Assembly (NCBI GenBank): GCA_041649575.1
Contig: JBAZMW010000005.1
Coordinates: forward strand, 81,687-113,686
DNA length: 32,000 nucleotides
Direction: 5' to 3'
DNA from: Patescibacteria group bacterium
GTDB taxonomy: Bacteria > Patescibacteriota > Patescibacteriia > 2-01-FULL-39-33
The notes beneath the pieces were generated by a model. It searched no databases. It was not told the origin of the DNA and was given only the letters and a program-made list of their open reading frames with translations. Below, piece after piece: positions 18,771-25,181 of the stretch (its first letter is position 1; each line of letters opens with the position of its first letter). The position numbers and the translations under genes are program-made.

Positions 18771-18777
18771 AATAATA

Positions 18778-18972
18778 ATGAGCAATCGGATTCTGACAAT
18801 TGAAGAAGTGGCCAAAACCATGAAGGTCAGTCTAAAAACTGTTTACCGCTGGATTAGTGCCGGCCAGTTGCCGGCTGCCAAAATTGGCTATAAAACCTAC
18901 CGAGTTTTTGAAGGCGATTTAATTAAATTTTTAAGGCGCCATATGTTTTCTTCGGCGCGCCGTCTAAGATAG
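18778..18972 (+). CDS. Excisionase-family helix-turn-helix DNA-binding protein (HTH_17, MerR superfamily), paralog 2
   Basis: LTIEEVAKTMKVSLKTVYRWISAGQLPAAKIGYKTYRVFEGDLIKFL. About 26/48 identical positions to paralog 1 by hand alignment. Confidence 0.85.
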   Translation: MSNRILTIEEVAKTMKVSLKTVYRWISAGQLPAAKIGYKTYRVFEGDLIKFLRRHMFSSARRLR

Positions 18973-18986
18973 AACAAACAACCGCC

Positions 18987-21900
18987 ATGTCTTTTTTAAC
19001 GATAGAAAAATTTACTCCTAACTACAAAACCAGAATTATTAAAAAGCTAGTTTTAGCTATAGTTTTGCTTGTCGTGCCCCTAGTGGTTTTGGCGGCTTGG
19101 GCTTTTTTGGGAATGATGACCAATTCGGAATTCTTTTTGGCCCAAGCCGCCGTCGGGATTAACAAACAAATAAATTATCAGGGCAAGATTGCCAACTCCA
19201 GCGGCAATAATTTAACCGACGGTAATTACAGTTTTAAATTTGAATTATACGATGCGCCGGATGCCGGCACCTTGCTTTGGAGCGAGGAATGGAAGACCGG
19301 CAGCGGGGCTGGTCCGGTGCAGTTAGTCGATAGTGTTTTTTCGGTGGCTCTGGGCACTTCGACGGCTTTGACCTCCAGTTTGTTTGCCAATGATAATTTA
19401 TATTTACAGGTCTATTTGGATGCTGACAGTAACGGCGTTTATGAAGAAACTTTTTCTCCAAGAAAAAGAATTACCGCCAGTCCCTATGCTTTTAATTCCG
19501 ATACGCTCGATGGTTATGACGCTACTACCACAGCCACAGCCAATAAGTTGTTGGTTTTAGACGGTAGCGCCGGTCTGACTTTAAATAGCGTGACCACCAC
19601 TGGTTCTTTTTATGCCGGCAGTTATGCTTCTTCCACCGGCGGGCTCTATAGCCAAGGCAACGGGCATTTTGGCGGGACTTTGACGGTTGATGGCAATGCC
19701 ACCACCAGCGGCCATTATTATGTTGGAGGCGATCTGACTGTCGACGACAATTTTTATGTCTTGGACAGCTCCAACGCCGCTGCATTATACAGCCTGAATC
19801 CAAGCTTGAATTTTTCTTTTCTGGCTTCCACCACCTTTACCAGTCTAAGCAATCATACTTACAGTTATACTTTCAATTCTTACCTTGATCCCAGCGCTGA
19901 TTCGAGCTATTACCACTATAATTTTTTAAACGCCATAAATATTAACTCCAATAACACCAAAAACATACAAGCATTAGTAGCCGACAGCAACGTGGTTGTT
20001 CATTATGGCACCGGCAATTTGACTTACGGTTATGGCCAATTGAGCACCGTGGAGTTAGCTGGCCTGGGCAACATAACCACGGCTAGCGGCGGCTGGTTTG
20101 AAGTCGCCAGTGGCGTGGATGTTGCGGCCGGTAATATTACCAACGCCTTGGGTGTTATGGGTAAGGTAAATAATGACGTTTATGGTGGCGCTATCACCAG
20201 CGCTCAAGCTATTTCGGGCATTATAAATAATGATGGCGGGACAATAACCGATGCTTATGGCCTAAGAATATACGTGCCCAGCGGTAGTGGGGTCATTAAT
20301 AATGACTATGGCGTTTATATCGAAAATCAAAATCGTGGCGGTAGCTTAAATTATAATATTTATTCCGCTGGTACCACGGGCCTTAATTATTTTGGCGGGC
20401 AGGTGGGCATTGCCACCACTACCCCCTGGTCTGGCTATGAACTAGCCGTTACTGGTGACGAAGTCTTGACGGGTAATCTCAAAGTCCTTGGCTACGGCCA
20501 ATTTAACAATGTCTCCACCACCGATACTCTCTATGTTGGCGGTTATGCCTCTACCACCGGGGGCCTCTATACCCAAAGCAATGGCTGGTTTGGCAGTGCC
20601 GTGACAGTTGGTTCTAAACTGGGCATTGCCACCACCACTCCCTGGGATAGCTACGAGTTAGCCATTACCGGTGACGCTATTTTGACGGGTAATCTCAAAG
20701 TGCTCGGCTACGGCCAATTCAACAATGTCTCCACCACCGATACCCTTTATGTGGGCGGCTATGCTTCCACCACCGGAGGATTATATACCCAGGGCAATGG
20801 GCATTTTGGTGGCAATCTCACAGTTGATAATAACGCCACCACCACCGGCTATCTCACGGTTGGCACTGCTCCCACGGGCGCCACTTTCTCCAGTGGCAAC
20901 CTAAACATCCAGAATAGCTTGGTAGTGGGAGGCGGCATCACTCTGGGCGGAGTCTACCGCGACACTTGGCCCGCCGGCAGCGTTGGCAGCGCCGGTAGTT
21001 TCTGGGCCACCACCTCTAACAGTCTGATAGGTTATCCCGACCTAAGCGGCTTCTATGCCATTGTGATTGGCGGATCAGCCACCACCTCCAACATTTCCAA
21101 CAAACTTAAATTAGAGGTAACCGGCGGCGACTTCGGCGTTGATTTGACCGATGAAACCTTCTTCGTGGACAGTACCAATAACAGTGTTGGCATTGCTACC
21201 ACCACTCCCTGGTCTGGCTATGAGCTGGCCATCACCGGTGATGAGGTTTTGACGGGTAATTTGTATGGTTTGGGATCGGCCACCACTAGTCAAAGTTTAT
21301 ATGTTGGCACTCAAATTAATGTGGCCACCTCTTCTCCCTGGTCTGGTTATGAACTGGCCCTGGCTGGCGACGCCGTTGTTTCTGGTAATTTTTATAACAA
21401 GGGCAACGCCACCACCACCGGCAGTCTTTATGCTAATGAGATTTTTTCTGCCGGCACCCAGCTTTTAGGCAGTGGCGCCGCTAGTGTTGATGCTTTGTCT
21501 GTTATTGGCTTGCACTCTGGTTACAGTGCCAATCTGGCCATTTATGCCAAGGATAGTGATGGCACGGATAACGTCAGTATAGTGGCAATCGGTAAAAACG
21601 CAAACGACCTAGCCAATAGAGAATTGTTTAGTCTGGGTTGGAACGCGGCGGGCACTTATGATATTAATACTTTCGCGGCTGGTAGCGGAGTGGTTCGTGA
21701 TTTACGGATTTATACCGGGAATAACAGCACTCAATTATACTTGGATTCCACTGGCGATGTCAGGATTCCCGACTTGAACTCCACCTCCAGCTATATTGGC
21801 AACCTCACTGTCTATAATAATGCCAATTTTAATTCCATTACCACCACCGACTCCCTCTACGTAGGCGGCTATGCCTCCTCCACAGGCGGCTTATTTACCA

Positions 21901-24900
21901 AAGGCAACGGGCATTTTGGCGGCAATTTAACAGTAGATGGCAATGTGACAACTACCGGCATTATTGACGTTCAACAATATCTCTGGAACTCTCTGGCTGA
22001 TTTGAGTGTTCAAGACGGACTAAGTGTCAGTGGCAACGCCACCACCAGCGGCTATCTTACGGTTGGCACTGCTCCCACGGGCGCCACTTTCTCCAGTGGC
22101 AATTTAAACATCCAAAACAGCTTGGTAGTGGGAGGCGGCATCACTCTGGGCGGAGTCTACCGCGACACTTGGCCAGCCGGCGGCGTTGGCAGCGCCGGCA
22201 GCTTTTGGGCCACCACCTCTAACAGTCTGATAGGTTATCCCGACCTAAGCGGTTTCTACGCTATTGTGATCGGTGGCGCAGCCACCACTTCTAATATTTC
22301 TAACAATCTTAAATTAGAGGTAACCGGCGGCGACTTTGGCGTTGACTTAACCGATGAAACCTTCTTCGTGGACAGCACCAACAACAGTGTAGGCATTGCC
22401 ACCACCACCCCTTGGTCTGGCTACGAACTAGCCATCACCGGTGACGCTGTTTTGACGGGCAATCTCAAAGTGCTTGGCTACGGCCAATTCAACAATGTCT
22501 CCACCACCGATACTCTCTACGTGGGCGGCTATGCCTCCACCACCGGGGGCCTCTATACCCAAAGCAATGGCTGGTTTGGCAGTGCCGTGACAGTTGGTTC
22601 TAAACTGGGCATTGCCACCACTACCCCTTGGGATAGCTATGAACTAGCCATAACCGGTGACGCTGTTTTGACTGGTAATCTCAAAGTACTTGGCTACGGC
22701 CAATTCAACAACGTCTCCACCACTGATACTCTCTACGTGGGCGGCTATGCTTCCACCACCGGAGGATTATATACCCAGGGATTATTAAGAGGTGGCGGAG
22801 GGCTGACTGCAGAAGGCACGATTAGTTTGCCCAGTAATTCAATTACCGACGCCATGGTGGTCAACACTATCACTGCTTCTAATTATTTACCATTAACCGG
22901 TGGCACTTTAACTGGTTTGCTCTCCGGCACCTCGGCCAGTTTCTCCAATGCTGTCACCAGCACCAAGTATATAATGATTGGTTCGGGGACGGTTAACAAT
23001 CTTGATTATGTCGGCGATCTTTATGTGTCTGACGATGTAGAAATTGACGGCTCACTCTGGGTGCCGAACGCGACCACAACTAATTCTTTGTATGCCGGCA
23101 GTAATATTAGTATTGGCATTAATCCGACTCCATATTACGCTCTTTCGGTACTGGGCAGTGCCACTACTTCCGGAGTTTCGGTGGTTGGCACTAATGTATA
23201 TGTTGGCTACGCTAGCGGCAGCGATGACGATTATCTTTATTTTGACGCCGGCAATGAATCGTTGCTTTGGGATAACAGCCCTGGAGAGTTTGTTTTAAGT
23301 GACGATTTGCAAATTCAGGGCAACGCCACCACCACGGGAAAATTAGTGGTGGGCAACGGAACTACGGTGGATAATTCCGGCAGGTATGGTATTTTTTCAA
23401 GCTCTTTGGAAAGCGTGGCATTTCCGGGGGGCAGTTATGGGTTGTATGCTTCCAGCACCAACACCGGCCCGGCTGGTTGGGCGGCAGGTGTTTTTGGAAA
23501 AGGAGCCGGCACCAATAGTGCTGTTGGAGCTTACGGTGTTTTTGGTGAAGCTATTGATTATAATGTTGGTTATAATTACGGCGTTTATGGCAAAGCCGCT
23601 AGCGCGGCTACTACTAATTACGGCGTTTATGGCTTGGCCTCGGGAGCCAGTGATTACGCCGGTTATTTTGAAGGCAATTTAGGGGTTACGGCCACCACCA
23701 CAATTACAAAGGGATTAGTGGTTGATACAAGCAGCTTGTTTGTTAATTATGATACAAACAGGGTTGGCGTTGGCACCACCACGCCCAGCCGGCCGCTTTC
23801 GGTTGTTGGACAGATATTTACCTCGCAAGACGGCAGCGATCCGTCTCTGGTTAGTTTTGGCGGGATGGTGGTGATGGATAATAGTAATGGCCAGGGCTGG
23901 TATATTGCCGGCAGATCGCAGGACACCACTGGCCTAAGAGGCAGTTTAAAATTTGATTCATGCTCTGACTTTGACTGCGGAGCTGGCGGAACTCTCAATA
24001 TTATGGAGTTAACCAGAAGCGGCAGGGTCGGCATTGCCACCACCACGCCGCAGTATCGTTTGCAGGTAGGCAGTATTATTGGCAACACCTTTTTTTCAGT
24101 GGACAGTCTGGGCAATGCCACTACCAGCGCCAACTTGACGGTTAAAAATTTACCCAATCAAACCACCGGCAGCGCCGCCAATGTTTTTGTGGACAGTAAT
24201 GGCCTGTTATTTAAGTCGTCTTCCTCTCTTCGTTATAAAACAGATATAAATTATGGCGGCGTTGATGGTAGTATTTTGTATCAACTGCAGCCAGTATCTT
24301 TCAAAGATAAAAATACCGGAGTTGATTATATTGGTTTTATTGCCGAAGATGTGGCGCTGGTCGAACCAAGACTGGTGTCCTATGACGCCAGCGGCAATCC
24401 TGACGGTTTGCATTATGGCAATTTTTCCGCCCTGATCACCAAAGCCGTACAGGAGTTGTCGGCCAGGGTCGATGCTTTAGAGGTTGATGGTTCTGCCGAC
24501 GCTGCCAGTGGTGGATTGCCAGTGGTGGATTCTCCTGGCAGTAACCTCGATAGCTTGACCGTGCAACAGGCGGCTAATTTCTATGGCACGATTACGGTTT
24601 ATGGGGAGGCGGGTTTTGTTTCCAAGGTCACTTTTGAGAAAGAAGTGGAGTTTAAGGATCATTTAACGGTAGCTGGCGATACTGCCGGCACGGCTATTAT
24701 TACGGCCGGAGCAACCAGCACGGAAATTTTATTTGGCAAGGAATACCAGGAAGCGCCAAAAGTGGTGGCTAATCTACAAATAAAAGGCGCACCGATTTTT
24801 GTCCAGTGGGGTATTGCCGATAAATCAACCAAGGGTTTCAGGATAGTCTTGGCAGAGCCGGTTTTGGCAGATTTGGAATTTGATTGGGTGGCTTTGGCCA

Positions 24901-25127
24901 ATAAAGCTGGCGGCCAGGTGGCCGGAGAGCAAGAGCAGGCAGTGGTTGTCGGTTGTACCAATCCCGAGGCCACTAATTACAATCCGGCTGCCACCCAGGA
25001 TGATGGCTCTTGCATCCTGCAGCCAGCGGAAACTCCCCCGGCCGATCAAGCCGGCAGTCAAGATGCCGCCGCGCCGCCAGTGGAGACGCCGCTTCCCCAG
25101 AGCGATAATCCAGCGCCGACCGGTTAA
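18987..25127 (+). CDS. Giant (2046 aa) N-terminally membrane-anchored fibre protein: tail-fibre-like repeats, Peptidase_S74 intramolecular chaperone domain, lectin-like and Pro-rich C-terminal extension
   Basis: TM LVLAIVLLVVPLVVLAAWAFLG. N-terminal INYQGKIANSSGNNLTDGNYSFKFELYDA...LWSE...VFSVALG module. Many IATTTPWSGYELAITGD and YVGGYASTTGGLYTQGNGHFGG repeats. S74-type segment SSSLRYKTDI...LQPVSFKDK...IGFIAEDVALVEPRLV...LHYGNFSALITKAVQELSARVDAL (about 24216-24485). Confidence 0.85.
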   Translation: MSFLTIEKFTPNYKTRIIKKLVLAIVLLVVPLVVLAAWAFLGMMTNSEFFLAQAAVGINKQINYQGKIANSSGNNLTDGNYSFKFELYDAPDAGTLLWSEEWKTGSGAGPVQLVDSVFSVALGTSTALTSSLFANDNLYLQVYLDADSNGVYEETFSPRKRITASPYAFNSDTLDGYDATTTATANKLLVLDGSAGLTLNSVTTTGSFYAGSYASSTGGLYSQGNGHFGGTLTVDGNATTSGHYYVGGDLTVDDNFYVLDSSNAAALYSLNPSLNFSFLASTTFTSLSNHTYSYTFNSYLDPSADSSYYHYNFLNAININSNNTKNIQALVADSNVVVHYGTGNLTYGYGQLSTVELAGLGNITTASGGWFEVASGVDVAAGNITNALGVMGKVNNDVYGGAITSAQAISGIINNDGGTITDAYGLRIYVPSGSGVINNDYGVYIENQNRGGSLNYNIYSAGTTGLNYFGGQVGIATTTPWSGYELAVTGDEVLTGNLKVLGYGQFNNVSTTDTLYVGGYASTTGGLYTQSNGWFGSAVTVGSKLGIATTTPWDSYELAITGDAILTGNLKVLGYGQFNNVSTTDTLYVGGYASTTGGLYTQGNGHFGGNLTVDNNATTTGYLTVGTAPTGATFSSGNLNIQNSLVVGGGITLGGVYRDTWPAGSVGSAGSFWATTSNSLIGYPDLSGFYAIVIGGSATTSNISNKLKLEVTGGDFGVDLTDETFFVDSTNNSVGIATTTPWSGYELAITGDEVLTGNLYGLGSATTSQSLYVGTQINVATSSPWSGYELALAGDAVVSGNFYNKGNATTTGSLYANEIFSAGTQLLGSGAASVDALSVIGLHSGYSANLAIYAKDSDGTDNVSIVAIGKNANDLANRELFSLGWNAAGTYDINTFAAGSGVVRDLRIYTGNNSTQLYLDSTGDVRIPDLNSTSSYIGNLTVYNNANFNSITTTDSLYVGGYASSTGGLFTKGNGHFGGNLTVDGNVTTTGIIDVQQYLWNSLADLSVQDGLSVSGNATTSGYLTVGTAPTGATFSSGNLNIQNSLVVGGGITLGGVYRDTWPAGGVGSAGSFWATTSNSLIGYPDLSGFYAIVIGGAATTSNISNNLKLEVTGGDFGVDLTDETFFVDSTNNSVGIATTTPWSGYELAITGDAVLTGNLKVLGYGQFNNVSTTDTLYVGGYASTTGGLYTQSNGWFGSAVTVGSKLGIATTTPWDSYELAITGDAVLTGNLKVLGYGQFNNVSTTDTLYVGGYASTTGGLYTQGLLRGGGGLTAEGTISLPSNSITDAMVVNTITASNYLPLTGGTLTGLLSGTSASFSNAVTSTKYIMIGSGTVNNLDYVGDLYVSDDVEIDGSLWVPNATTTNSLYAGSNISIGINPTPYYALSVLGSATTSGVSVVGTNVYVGYASGSDDDYLYFDAGNESLLWDNSPGEFVLSDDLQIQGNATTTGKLVVGNGTTVDNSGRYGIFSSSLESVAFPGGSYGLYASSTNTGPAGWAAGVFGKGAGTNSAVGAYGVFGEAIDYNVGYNYGVYGKAASAATTNYGVYGLASGASDYAGYFEGNLGVTATTTITKGLVVDTSSLFVNYDTNRVGVGTTTPSRPLSVVGQIFTSQDGSDPSLVSFGGMVVMDNSNGQGWYIAGRSQDTTGLRGSLKFDSCSDFDCGAGGTLNIMELTRSGRVGIATTTPQYRLQVGSIIGNTFFSVDSLGNATTSANLTVKNLPNQTTGSAANVFVDSNGLLFKSSSSLRYKTDINYGGVDGSILYQLQPVSFKDKNTGVDYIGFIAEDVALVEPRLVSYDASGNPDGLHYGNFSALITKAVQELSARVDALEVDGSADAASGGLPVVDSPGSNLDSLTVQQAANFYGTITVYGEAGFVSKVTFEKEVEFKDHLTVAGDTAGTAIITAGATSTEILFGKEYQEAPKVVANLQIKGAPIFVQWGIADKSTKGFRIVLAEPVLADLEFDWVALANKAGGQVAGEQEQAVVVGCTNPEATNYNPAATQDDGSCILQPAETPPADQAGSQDAAAPPVETPLPQSDNPAPTG
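20406..20794 (+). repeat. Repeat block X (two tandem 216-bp / 72-aa units), copy A
   Basis: Units start at 20406 and 20622 (GGCATTGCCACCAC...). The block recurs at 22392-22780, offset exactly 1986 bp (in frame), with roughly 90% identity by eye and identical runs of >80 nt. Confidence 0.85.
20832..21262 (+). repeat. Repeat block Y (~430 bp), copy A
   Basis: AACGCCACCACC...GGCTATCT.ACGGTTGGCACTGCTCCCACGGGCGCC... recurs at 22035-22465, offset 1203 bp (in frame). Only 3 aa differences were seen (S/G, S/A, K/N) against many synonymous changes. Confidence 0.85.
22035..22465 (+). repeat. Repeat block Y, copy B (order permuted: here Y precedes X)
   Basis: Direct comparison with 20832-21262. In copy A the order is X-X-Y. 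In copy B it is Y-X-X, with the end of Y merging into the first X unit. Confidence 0.85.
22392..22780 (+). repeat. Repeat block X, copy B
   Basis: Units start at 22392 and 22608. Similarity to copy A ends at ACCCAGGG (20794 / 22780). Confidence 0.85.
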
Positions 25128-25181
25128 TGCCTTTTGCCTCAGGGATCAGAAAGTGCTAAAATTATAATTCGTTCACGAGCT

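Noticed and set aside
20406-22780. Regularly spaced 216-bp repeats considered as a CRISPR-like or non-coding tandem array
   Set aside because: The repeats are far longer than CRISPR repeats and have no unique spacers. They are in frame within one long ORF, and their differences are mainly synonymous, so they are coding repeats.
19234-25167. Embedded or antisense ORFs in the fibre gene (for example 19525..19803-, 23044..23298+, 23386..23682+, 23747..24157-, 24659..24973-, 24880..25167+)
   Set aside because: They are shadow frames of a 6.1-kb continuous ORF with repeat-level amino-acid conservation. The alternative frames give Trp/Arg/Cys-rich nonsense-like peptides.
13216-25181. Interpreting the island as a prophage or integrative element (excisionase-family genes plus a tail-fibre-like protein with an S74 domain)
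   Set aside because: No integrase/recombinase, terminase, capsid, portal, baseplate or lysis genes, and no flanking direct repeats or tRNA attachment site are visible in the window. The HTH genes head operons of membrane-anchored cellular-type proteins. An ancient domestication of a phage fibre remains possible.
25134-25181. Upstream non-ATG start (25134) for ftsK and the 27670 start for the RodZ-like gene
   Set aside because: The 25134 start lies only 7 nt after the fibre-gene stop, and the 27670 start overlaps ftsK. Both add unconserved residues. The internal ATGs at 25182 and 27703 begin with typical basic N-termini.
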